The notes below the pieces were generated by a model that saw only the letters and a list, made by a program, of their open reading frames with translations, did no database searches and was not told the origin of the DNA. Of a stretch of DNA of 36,297 nucleotides, positions 1 through 8,580 are shown one piece after another (the first letter of the stretch is position 1; every line of letters begins with the position of its first letter). The position numbers and the translations under genes were made by a program. The DNA comes from a virus. Lineage: Duplodnaviria; Caudoviricetes. Location: the IMG/VR virus record IMGVR_UViG_3300014775_000700, positions 1 to 36,297 of that record; one strand, 5' to 3'.

Positions 1-1709
1 TGGTTAACTCGACCAACCAGTTCGTCTTTGTGACTGATGAGGAAAACATTTTTGTTTCTCTCACGTCCCATCTTTTTAAGAGCTGCTAGTGCATTTTCAA
101 CACCAGCAGTGTCCATACCTGAGTCGATCAACTCGTCAATGAACAACAAGTTAATACCTTGATACAAACTTTCCCAAACATCACGGAATGCCCAGCTCAT
201 ACCAAGTATGAGACGGTTACGTTCACCACGTGAAAGGTTATCAAAGTCTAAGTCTTGACCTAGTTGAGTAATCTCAACACTCAAATCATTTTGGAATGTA
301 ACCTGATGTGGTAATCCAAGTTTGTCTAAGTAGTAAGTCAGTCTATTGTTTAGATAAGATAGGTTTTGATCAATAATCTTTTTACGGATAAAACTATCTT
401 TGTTAGTTAACAACTTTAATAAAAACTCTTGATGTTCTTTCAACAAGTTAAGTTGATTGATTGGTTCCCAGTCTATTTCTTGTAGAGCCGTTTCTTTTAG
501 GTCGTTGATTTGTTCTTGATAAGGATCGTTTTCATTTTCTTTGTTGCTGTGTGCTTGACGTAAGTTGTCAACGTTGTTTCTGTGCTCATAGGCCTCTTTC
601 ATACTTTCATAGAAAGTATTAGGTCTACCGTTGATATGTCCTATGTCTTCTAGATCTTTCATCACTGCTTCTAGTTTATCTGCAACTTCCAGTTGATATG
701 CTAAAGAATCGTTAAGTTCTTTTTGTTTCTTTAACAATATTTCTTCTTTTTTGTCGTCGTGTAGTGCTTGTCCACACGTATAACACGTTGCTTCATCTAG
801 ATTTGAGATGTCTTTTTGTGCCTTTTTTACACTACTATCGGCCCGTAATAGTGCAGACTCTAGTGTGCTTTTCTCTTTGTTTAAGGCGGTTATTTTGTTA
901 TTAAGTTCTGTCCAGTTACTTAACTTTTCATGTGCTTCTAACTCTACATCAATATCAAGTTTTTCTAACTCTTCGATGCCTGCAGACAGCTTTTTTAGGT
1001 CATCTCTGCGTTTTGATTCCCAAGCACGTTGTCTACCAACAAGAGTTTCAATGCTTTGTTGTATTTTTTTGTTGCTAGTTTCGATAGCATTAATCTTTAG
1101 TGTTTCTTCTGTGATACTATCCTTAGTTGACCGTATTTGTTCTTTTAATCTTTCGGCTTTTTCAGTTAAGATAGTTATACCAAGCAGTTGTTCAATGATA
1201 GCTCGCTGGTCGTTTGCTCTCATACTAAGGAACGGCTCGGTGTAAGTGTTCAATGCAAGTATGTGTTTGAACATATCGTGACTCATACCCAGTAGATCTT
1301 GAATAGATTCTTGAGTTTTTCGACTATCACCTTGTGATTCGTCGATTTCGTCTTTTTGTTCATGGTCGTTTATGTAAAACTTGAGTACGTTAGGTGATCT
1401 TCCACGTTCAATGCGGTATTGGTTGCCGTGTTTTTCAAAGTTTAATGTAACTAACATGCCTTTGCTGTTAGTTTTATTAATCAAGTTGTTCTTTTTGATA
1501 TTTGTTAGTGCGTTACCAAACAATGCATACGAAAGTGCATTGATGATAGTGGTTTTACCAGTACCGTTACGTGATCCAGTGTCGTCACCACCTTGATCTA
1601 GGTTCTCACCTAACACAAGTGTTAGTTGTTCTTTGTTAAAGTCCACTGCTTGGGTAACATTACCCACACTCATAAAGTTCTTTACGGTTAAATCTTTTAT
1701 TTTAATCAT
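1..1709 (-). CDS. gp46: Recombination endonuclease ATPase subunit, Rad50/SbcC-like (T4 gp46 family); 3' end runs off the window
   Basis: Not in the ORF track. My translation from ATG at 1709 gives MIKIKDLTVKNFMSVGN, Walker A GEN...RNGTGKTT, zinc-hook CYTCG (~771-786), signature LSRGE, Walker B LLFIDELIDSGMD and H-loop LISH. The start overlaps the gp47 stop (ATGA). Confidence 0.95.
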   Translation of the reverse strand, partial: MIKIKDLTVKNFMSVGNVTQAVDFNKEQLTLVLGENLDQGGDDTGSRNGTGKTTIINALSYALFGNALTNIKKNNLINKTNSKGMLVTLNFEKHGNQYRIERGRSPNVLKFYINDHEQKDEIDESQGDSRKTQESIQDLLGMSHDMFKHILALNTYTEPFLSMRANDQRAIIEQLLGITILTEKAERLKEQIRSTKDSITEETLKINAIETSNKKIQQSIETLVGRQRAWESKRRDDLKKLSAGIEELEKLDIDVELEAHEKLSNWTELNNKITALNKEKSTLESALLRADSSVKKAQKDISNLDEATCYTCGQALHDDKKEEILLKKQKELNDSLAYQLEVADKLEAVMKDLEDIGHINGRPNTFYESMKEAYEHRNNVDNLRQAHSNKENENDPYQEQINDLKETALQEIDWEPINQLNLLKEHQEFLLKLLTNKDSFIRKKIIDQNLSYLNNRLTYYLDKLGLPHQVTFQNDLSVEITQLGQDLDFDNLSRGERNRLILGMSWAFRDVWESLYQGINLLFIDELIDSGMDTAGVENALAALKKMGRERNKNVFLISHKDELVGRVN

Positions 1710-2719
1710 GCTAGCTCGTTGTAAATGTCTAATAACAGCTTTTTATTAAAGGTTTCAGTGTCAATGGCTTGTATTTCTTTGCTTACAATCTGATCAACAC
1801 TTTCAAACTGTGTGATATCAAGTTCAGATGATATTTCTTCGAGGTGTTTTTGCGGAATCAGTGTAATCTCGCGGCATTGATACTGTTCCATGAACGTTTC
1901 TTTGATATACGTTGCTTCTTCAAAGCTAATATCAATGTCAAGGGTTACTCTCAAGTACATGTTTGGCTTGATAAGTGTATCTTTCTCATCAATCAACTGC
2001 GATAGTTTAACAGTACGGTACTTTGGGCACTCAGGCCAGTTAATGTATTCTGGTTCAGCATCATTCTCACGGTCCAGTATCATCATACCACGGTCATCGT
2101 CCCAAGCATCTGCATAGTTATGTGGGAAAGCATTACCAATATAGTGGATCTTACCTTGCTTTTGACGTTTGTGGAAGTGTCCACTAAACACATACTCTTG
2201 GTTCTTGAAGTGTTCACTCTTTAGTTCGCCGTGATCTGGCATCTGTACCATAGCATTCATGTAGAAACTAGGCAGTTCGAAGTGTCCAAACAAATACTTT
2301 GCTTGAATCTTCTCTATCCTACGCCATTCGTCGCCTACTAACCATGGAACCAGTGCTACATCTTCAATCACTTGTATCTCATCTACAACTGTAATACCTG
2401 GAATGTGCTTTGCCCATTCAGTACTCTTAACATCACGTTTGTCTTTGTAGTATAAGTCGTGGTTACCAGCAAACATATAGAAGTTTTCAAACGCTGCACC
2501 TAGCTTTTCTAATGCTCGTATGCCTGCGTCCATGGTTGTTAGGTTAAGACTGTTGCGATTATGATTCCAATCACCGCAAAATATTCCAGTCTCACAACCG
2601 TTTGCCTTGGCTGTGTTGATAAACCAGTCTACGAACTCTTCGCAGTCGTGATTGTGTACTTTGCTGTTGCCTTTCAGACCAAAGTGAATGTCTGTAAACA
2701 CTGCTGCTTTTTTAAACAA
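1706..2719 (-). CDS. gp47: Recombination endonuclease nuclease subunit, Mre11/SbcD-like metallophosphoesterase (T4 gp47 family)
   Basis: Motifs DIHFG, GDWNH, GNHD, GHFE, SGHFH. TTG start with GAGGT RBS 7 nt upstream. Adjacent to gp46. Confidence 0.95.
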   Translation of the reverse strand: MFKKAAVFTDIHFGLKGNSKVHNHDCEEFVDWFINTAKANGCETGIFCGDWNHNRNSLNLTTMDAGIRALEKLGAAFENFYMFAGNHDLYYKDKRDVKSTEWAKHIPGITVVDEIQVIEDVALVPWLVGDEWRRIEKIQAKYLFGHFELPSFYMNAMVQMPDHGELKSEHFKNQEYVFSGHFHKRQKQGKIHYIGNAFPHNYADAWDDDRGMMILDRENDAEPEYINWPECPKYRTVKLSQLIDEKDTLIKPNMYLRVTLDIDISFEEATYIKETFMEQYQCREITLIPQKHLEEISSELDITQFESVDQIVSKEIQAIDTETFNKKLLLDIYNELA

Positions 2720-2745
2720 ATGTATTACCTCATGTATAGACTTAT

Positions 2746-2774
2746 ACTGTAAACGGATTTTTGAAAGAAGTCAA
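2746..2774 (-). promoter_or_regulatory. Putative sigma70-type promoter for gp47-gp46
   Basis: Minus strand TTGACT (2774-2769), 17 bp spacer, TACAGT (2751-2746), in the gp55-gp47 intergenic gap. Confidence 0.6.
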
Positions 2775-2778
2775 GAGA

Positions 2779-3606
2779 TTATTTGTTTCTTTCTGCTTCT
2801 CGTTTTTGTGCTGCTTCCCACTCACCAGCATGTAGCCTTGTGTAGCTAGGAGCAAGATCGTTCATTTCTAGGATGTCATCTCTAATGTTTTGATTGCGTT
2901 TTTCTAGATTAATAACACGAACAAAGCTATTAGTAACAGCAGCGGTATAATAAGCAAAAGGATTGTTGGATTTACTTTCATCAAACTGTAGTCCTATCTG
3001 GGCTAGTTGTAGTATTGCTTGGCCTTTCATTTCGTCATTATAGGTATAACCACGAACATTACCTCTAGTAGCATAGCGATCAACAAGTTTAAGCCACATC
3101 ATAGCAAGTTTGTTTGTCGCTTTGCCGTGATCTTTTGAAAAATATCCATTTTCCATGCCACCTACCCAGTGACTTTTACCTATGCACACTAGATTATCAT
3201 TTTCGTCAAACTTATAATGTTGAAAAGGAGGAAAGTTTAGTTTAGTTTTTGTATCTGCGACTGTTTTTGGATTTTTCTTACGTCCTGGTTCTTCAGGAAT
3301 ATGATCAAATGTCATTATTCTAAAAATCAAGTCGGTTTTTTCTATAGTTCTATAATCAACTTCAAACTCGGCCATCTTAACTTTACGTCCACTGGCTTTT
3401 GCTTGTTCATATGCGTCAGTTGATTGCTTCTTTGCTTTGTTTCGTTTTGCTTCTGCTATTGTTCTTATGTTAATCTTATCAACAGAAGGCAAAATAATAT
3501 CATAGTTAGCATATTCTGGAGATACATAGCTACAAAAAGTACTTTTACTCTTGTGTATCTCTGCTAACATGTCTTTGTTGTTTAAATAATTTACTTTTCT
3601 AGCCAT
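2779..3606 (-). CDS. gp55: Late-transcription sigma factor (T4 gp55-like) with a large insertion
   Basis: N-terminal YLNNKDML and C-terminal RGYTYNDEM...FDESKSNNPFAYYT...SFVRVINLEKR match my recollection of gp55 motifs. The 55-47-46 gene order is T4-like. Confidence 0.85.
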   Translation of the reverse strand: MARKVNYLNNKDMLAEIHKSKSTFCSYVSPEYANYDIILPSVDKINIRTIAEAKRNKAKKQSTDAYEQAKASGRKVKMAEFEVDYRTIEKTDLIFRIMTFDHIPEEPGRKKNPKTVADTKTKLNFPPFQHYKFDENDNLVCIGKSHWVGGMENGYFSKDHGKATNKLAMMWLKLVDRYATRGNVRGYTYNDEMKGQAILQLAQIGLQFDESKSNNPFAYYTAAVTNSFVRVINLEKRNQNIRDDILEMNDLAPSYTRLHAGEWEAAQKREAERNK

Positions 3607-3629
3607 GTTTTACAGGGTCCTTTTTAAAC

Positions 3630-3658
3630 ATTATAAACTACGCTGTTTATTTTGTCAA
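3630..3658 (-). promoter_or_regulatory. Perfect consensus sigma70 promoter for gp55
   Basis: Minus strand TTGACA (3658-3653), 17 bp spacer, TATAAT (3635-3630), just upstream of the gp55 ATG at 3606. Confidence 0.85.
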
Positions 3659-3665
3659 CTAAATA
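3658..3665 (+). promoter_or_regulatory. Putative T4-type late promoter (ACTAAATA)
   Basis: TAAATA core 17 nt before the first structural gene, followed by AGGAG RBS at 3672-3676. Confidence 0.6.
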
Positions 3666-3682
3666 CTATATAGGAGATTATT

Positions 3683-4450
3683 ATGGCAGAAGGTTCCGAA
3701 TATTACAGCACATATGACTGGAGTGGCGACATTTCTCAAAGGCGTCTGGCAAACAGTGGGCTTCCGCCCGGTGCTGAACCTGTAAGTGCAGATGCAACTA
3801 CTGCAACTTTTACAAACAAGTTTGATAGAACTGGAAATGACTGGCGTGTTAAAATAAGTTTGCCTAACATAGGAACTTTCAAAAGCAGTCCTATGCTTAA
3901 ACCATTAAAAACAACCAACAACGCTGTAACCTTTCCTTTACAACCGACAATAACATTCAGTCACACAGCTGACTATGATGTACAATCTCCTGTACACAGT
4001 AACTATAGTTATCCTATTTATTCAAACTCAAGAATAGAAGATATTAATATTGTAGGAGAGTTTCCAGTTCAGAGTCCTAAGGACGGAACATATTGGGCAG
4101 CAGTAATACATTTTTTACGCAGTGCTACAAAAATGTTTTATGGCGATGGCAGCAACAAAGGAGGACCACCTCCGATTTGCCATCTAAGTGGATACGGAGA
4201 CTTTGTTTTAAATGATGTTCCTGTTGTGATTACAGCATTTAGTACAGATTTACCTAATAATGTAGATTATATTAGGAGCCCTATCTATGTACAAAACGAA
4301 GCAGGTATAGAAACTGAAAACTATACAATGGCTCCTACACTTAGCACAATAAGCGTAGTTGTAAAACCAATCTACAGCCGCAGTAAGATTGAAACATTCA
4401 ACCTTGACAAGTTTGTTAATGGTCAGTTAATAGACAAAGGATTCATCTAA
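3683..4450 (+). CDS. Putative baseplate tail-tube initiator/cap (gp48/gp54-like)
   Basis: Tube-fold-like pattern FPLQPTITFSH...GGPPPICHLSGYGDFVLNDVPVVITAFSTDLP. Lies directly before the LysM-like wedge and hub genes. Strong RBS. Confidence 0.55.
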   Translation: MAEGSEYYSTYDWSGDISQRRLANSGLPPGAEPVSADATTATFTNKFDRTGNDWRVKISLPNIGTFKSSPMLKPLKTTNNAVTFPLQPTITFSHTADYDVQSPVHSNYSYPIYSNSRIEDINIVGEFPVQSPKDGTYWAAVIHFLRSATKMFYGDGSNKGGPPPICHLSGYGDFVLNDVPVVITAFSTDLPNNVDYIRSPIYVQNEAGIETENYTMAPTLSTISVVVKPIYSRSKIETFNLDKFVNGQLIDKGFI

Positions 4451-4752
4451 TGGCAACTTATCCTAAAACCAGTCCTTATGCAACTACAAAAATATCAGAA
4501 TCAGGCGAGTTAGGTATATTTAAAATCAGACCTGTGCCTGCAAATGACGACGATATATTATATAAAATACAATCTCAGTATCTTTACAGACCTGATTTGT
4601 TAGCTTTTGATCTTTATGGAACAAGTAAACTATGGTGGGTGTTTTCGCAACGTAATATGGATGTACTAAAAGATCCAGTTTTTGATTTTAAACCGGGTAC
4701 AGAAATATATTTGCCAAAATCCTCATCATTAAAACGACAGCTAGGTATCTAA
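4450..4752 (+). CDS. gp53: Baseplate wedge subunit, LysM-like (T4 gp53 family)
   Basis: Motif YRPDLLAFDLYGTSKLWWVF...N...IYLP. TAATG overlap with the upstream gene. Confidence 0.75.
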   Translation: MATYPKTSPYATTKISESGELGIFKIRPVPANDDDILYKIQSQYLYRPDLLAFDLYGTSKLWWVFSQRNMDVLKDPVFDFKPGTEIYLPKSSSLKRQLGI

Positions 4753-7086
4753 ATGGCTATTAAAAAGAATGCATTACATCAGTTTGCTAGTTACAACTAT
4801 ATTTTTGAACTTTCTTGTCTAAGTTTTGACGAGATTGCAAAACCTGATGAAACATATCGTGCTTCTTCACCTCAAAATGTTATTTTCCGCAGCGGCGGCG
4901 GCGCAGAAAACAAAGTCACAACCTTATACGAAGATGCTATTGGGGCAAAACTGGAATATTATGTTGATGATGTTACTGTTGAAAGTTTAGTTGTACCAAA
5001 TAGCAAAACTAGAACAACAAATGCAACCCATATTGAGTTTACAGTAGTAGAACCGTACAGTATGGGTTTGTTTTTACAAACACTACAGCTTGCAGCAGTA
5101 AACTCTGGGCATGTAGGAAACTATATTAAAGCACCTTTTAATCTAAGTGTGCAGTTTGTAGGATACGACGATGACGGAGATCCGTTAGTAGTCGACGACG
5201 GAAGAAACTTACAAAGACATTTTCCTCTGTACATAACAAATGTTGAGTTTAATGTTACAGCCGGTGGGTGTACATATCGTGTTGAAGGTATTCCTTGGAA
5301 TGAACAGGCAGTACTTGACAGTGTTAATGAAGCAAAAACAGATATTAGCATTTCAGGATCAACTATTGTAGAAGCGTTACAAAGTGGCGAAAGAAGTCTT
5401 GCAACAGTTATTAATGGTAGATTTGAAGAACTTAGAAAAGCTAATCTAAACAAAGAAGCTGACGAACTTGTGATTAGTTTTCCAAAAGAGATAGCAAGCG
5501 GATTTGGCAATCCTAACAACGATGATGATACCGATCAAGGTGCTACAACTGACGGAACAAGCAGTAAAAAAGGTGGCGGCATATTTGGCAAAGTAGTTGC
5601 AGGTGCAGTTGGCGGTATTATTGGCGGTGCTTTAAGTGGTAATAGGAATATTGGTGAAGCAGCACTTGGAGGAGCTTTAGGTGGTCTTGGTCTCGGAGGA
5701 GGTGTTGGCGGCTTACTAGGTGGATTAGCAGGAGGATCCAGTATCGGAGGATTGCTTACAGCATTTAAAAACGGAGATGTTAATGCTTTGTTTCAAGGTA
5801 TAAGCGGATTTCTTGGAGCACAAGCACCTCAAAACTTTGAAGCATTTGTTAGTATGATCACTGGACAAGTTTTTACAAGAAGTAACATAGGAGATTCATT
5901 AACATCACGTGCTCAAGATCCAGATTCTCTCAATGATGTAGGTAATGGTGGATTTATTAGTTCATTTAATGATGGTGGTATTCCTCCTTTTCCTGAAACT
6001 GGACTAATATACGACAGAAATAGCAAAACTTACACTAGAGCTAAAGCGACAGTAAGCGATGATACACGAGTATGGCAGTTTCCAAGTGGTAGTAAAATAA
6101 CAAGAATGATAGAAAAAGTTATTTTAGACAGTAACTGGGCCAGAGAAATATTAGATAGAGCACCAAACGAAGACGGTATGGTTGATTGGTTTAGGATTGA
6201 ATGTGAAACCTATTTAAAACCAGGACTTGAAGTACAACAAAGCGGCGAAAGCGCCAAAGTTTATCATTATCGAGTAATAAAATATCAGGTACATAGCAGC
6301 ACATTACAAAATCCAAAGCAAGCACCGTCAAGTTATCAGTCTTTGTTTGACAATGCTGTAAAAGAATACAACTATATCTACACTGGTGAAAACAAAGATA
6401 TCATTGATTTTGACATACAACTTAACAGCAGTTACTTTGTTGCTAATCTTGCAGATGCAGGACAAAGTAATATTGATGCACAATACGACAATGCAGACAA
6501 TGTAACTGCAAAAGATCCAGAAATATTAACAGAAACAGAATCTGATGGTGTAATAAGTGCTACAGGATCATCAAGCACTACATCAGTTACAACTACTTCC
6601 TCAGCAGGCGGTGGCGGCGCAGGCCTAGATGGCAACAAACGTCGAGTAGCTCAGCTATTTCATGACGCAATAATAAACAGTAGTGTTGACTTGATACAAC
6701 TAGAGTTGGAAATCTTAGGAGATCCATACTTTATATTTGATAGCGGAATGGGTAACTATACTTCTTTTGCAGAAAGTCAAAACGAAACCGCAGAAGGTAG
6801 CATCGAAGTGCAAAGGAGTCAGTGTCATATCATTGTAAACTTTAGAACTCCAATAGATTACAACGAAGATACAGGAGGAATGCACTATCCTGAAGATACA
6901 ATACCAGTTGCTGCATTCAGTGGTTTGTACATGGTAACTACATTAGTAAACAGTTTTTCTGGTGGAAGATTCCAACAGAGACTTACATTAACAAGAAAAC
7001 GCAATCAAGAATCTGATACTACCGAAGACTTAACAAGTTCAGGAAATCCAAGATACGAAGATAACAGCGGAACAACATTGCCATAA
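4753..7086 (+). CDS. Putative baseplate hub protein (gp27/gp44-like) with a glycine-rich insertion
   Basis: Position between the gp53-like and spike genes. C-terminal LEILGDPYF...FSGLYMVTTLVNSFSGGRFQQRLTLTR is typical of hub proteins. Confidence 0.65.
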   Translation: MAIKKNALHQFASYNYIFELSCLSFDEIAKPDETYRASSPQNVIFRSGGGAENKVTTLYEDAIGAKLEYYVDDVTVESLVVPNSKTRTTNATHIEFTVVEPYSMGLFLQTLQLAAVNSGHVGNYIKAPFNLSVQFVGYDDDGDPLVVDDGRNLQRHFPLYITNVEFNVTAGGCTYRVEGIPWNEQAVLDSVNEAKTDISISGSTIVEALQSGERSLATVINGRFEELRKANLNKEADELVISFPKEIASGFGNPNNDDDTDQGATTDGTSSKKGGGIFGKVVAGAVGGIIGGALSGNRNIGEAALGGALGGLGLGGGVGGLLGGLAGGSSIGGLLTAFKNGDVNALFQGISGFLGAQAPQNFEAFVSMITGQVFTRSNIGDSLTSRAQDPDSLNDVGNGGFISSFNDGGIPPFPETGLIYDRNSKTYTRAKATVSDDTRVWQFPSGSKITRMIEKVILDSNWAREILDRAPNEDGMVDWFRIECETYLKPGLEVQQSGESAKVYHYRVIKYQVHSSTLQNPKQAPSSYQSLFDNAVKEYNYIYTGENKDIIDFDIQLNSSYFVANLADAGQSNIDAQYDNADNVTAKDPEILTETESDGVISATGSSSTTSVTTTSSAGGGGAGLDGNKRRVAQLFHDAIINSSVDLIQLELEILGDPYFIFDSGMGNYTSFAESQNETAEGSIEVQRSQCHIIVNFRTPIDYNEDTGGMHYPEDTIPVAAFSGLYMVTTLVNSFSGGRFQQRLTLTRKRNQESDTTEDLTSSGNPRYEDNSGTTLP

Positions 7087-7095
7087 GGATAAAGA

Positions 7096-8568
7096 ATGAC
7101 ACAAGTACCAGCAAATACAACAGAAGAAAAACGCAGTGTTGATACAGGACAAGAACAAGGCAGTTCTGGTCCTTTTGTTGCACGAGTTTTGAAACATGCT
7201 GATCCTCATTATCTTGGCGGATTAGAAGTACAGTTGTTAAAAGTCACTGAAGCAGGAAACTTCAATGAGACTTTAGGACAAACTGCTATTGTTTACTATG
7301 CAAGTCCATTTTATGGTGTTACACAACACGGTAATGTTGGCAAAAACGACGATTATGCAAATACTCAAAAAAGTTATGGTTGGTGGGCTGTTCCTCCTGA
7401 TCCAGGTAGTCTAGTTTTGGTTACATTTGCAGAAGGAAGTAGAGATTTTGGTTTTTGGTTTGCTTGTATTCCAGAAAAAGGCATGACATTTATGTTACCA
7501 GGTGGCCAACCTACTACACAACAGTTAAGTGGTCCTGTGCCTAGTGCATTAACAGGTAAAAAACTGCCTGCTGGTGAATACAACAAAGAAATAACCAAGC
7601 CACAAACCAACAATCCTATAAAATATAAACGTCCTGTCAACCTTGATTTTGTAAATCAACTTTTAGAACAAGGTTTAGCTGAAGATGATACTAGAGGAAC
7701 AACTACAAGTAGTGCGCAAAGAGAGTTTCCTAGTGCTGTTGTAGGTTTTAGTAGTCCCGGTCCTGTTGATAAACGTGGTGGCACACCTATGGCTAATATA
7801 GGTTTAAAAGAATCTAAAGCAACAATGCATGTTAGCCGTTTAGGTAGTAGCAGCATAGTTATAGATGACGGTGATGATAAACTTTTACGTAAAGGGTCAC
7901 CTTCGGATACACCTTACGAATACGTAAACAAAGAAGCAAACCAATCAGGCGGTGATGTTACTTTATTACACAACGAACTAATACGTTTACGAACACGCAC
8001 AGGTGCTCAAATATTGATGCACACAAGCGAGGATTTGATTTATATCAACAACAGCAAAGGAAGTTGTTGGATAGAAATGACCAGCAATGGAAAACTTGAT
8101 GTATATGCACAGGATAGTATTAGTTTTCACAGCGATAACGATATAAACTTCAAAGCAGAAAGAGATATCAACATACATGCTGCAAATAATATTAACTTTA
8201 CTTCTAACCAGAATACCTACATGAGTGCAGGTGCAAACTGGGAAGTAAAAGTAAATGCAGATGGAAAAATAACAACCGCAGGAAATGCAAGTATCAAAGC
8301 AGGCGCAGATGTAAAAGTTGCAGCTGGCGGTACAGGCAACTATAAATCTGGAGCAGATACCAAGATAACAGCTGGAGGAACAGCTTGGATTGATGGCGGT
8401 CCAAATGTAGAACTAAATGGCGGCGGTAGTGCAGCAGATGCAGACGAAGCAGCTCAAGCATCAATACCTGTGCGTATTCCACAACACGAGCCATGGGAAG
8501 GGCATGAAAATCTAAATCCGCCTGCTGTAACTCCTGAAAACACTCAGGCAAATCCAGAAGGAACATAA
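7096..8568 (+). CDS. gp5: Baseplate central spike (gp5/gpV/VgrG-like: OB-fold plus beta-helix, no lysozyme domain)
   Basis: N-terminal ARV...DPHYLGGLEV...PPDPGSLVLVTF (OB-fold-like). 8-residue-periodic beta-helix DINFKAER/DINIHAAN/NINFTSNQ. C-terminal HEPWEGH. Confidence 0.75.
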   Translation: MTQVPANTTEEKRSVDTGQEQGSSGPFVARVLKHADPHYLGGLEVQLLKVTEAGNFNETLGQTAIVYYASPFYGVTQHGNVGKNDDYANTQKSYGWWAVPPDPGSLVLVTFAEGSRDFGFWFACIPEKGMTFMLPGGQPTTQQLSGPVPSALTGKKLPAGEYNKEITKPQTNNPIKYKRPVNLDFVNQLLEQGLAEDDTRGTTTSSAQREFPSAVVGFSSPGPVDKRGGTPMANIGLKESKATMHVSRLGSSSIVIDDGDDKLLRKGSPSDTPYEYVNKEANQSGGDVTLLHNELIRLRTRTGAQILMHTSEDLIYINNSKGSCWIEMTSNGKLDVYAQDSISFHSDNDINFKAERDINIHAANNINFTSNQNTYMSAGANWEVKVNADGKITTAGNASIKAGADVKVAAGGTGNYKSGADTKITAGGTAWIDGGPNVELNGGGSAADADEAAQASIPVRIPQHEPWEGHENLNPPAVTPENTQANPEGT

Positions 8569-8580
8569 AGAGGGCATAAA

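Noticed and set aside
808-1596. Plus-strand ORFs of 145 aa and 71 aa in the ORF track
   Set aside because: They are antisense shadows of the gp46 gene, which the track missed because it runs off the window.
5570-5760. GGN-rich DNA as a tandem repeat or CRISPR-like array
   Set aside because: The periodicity is explained by glycine codons with varied third positions; there are no identical repeat units or spacers.
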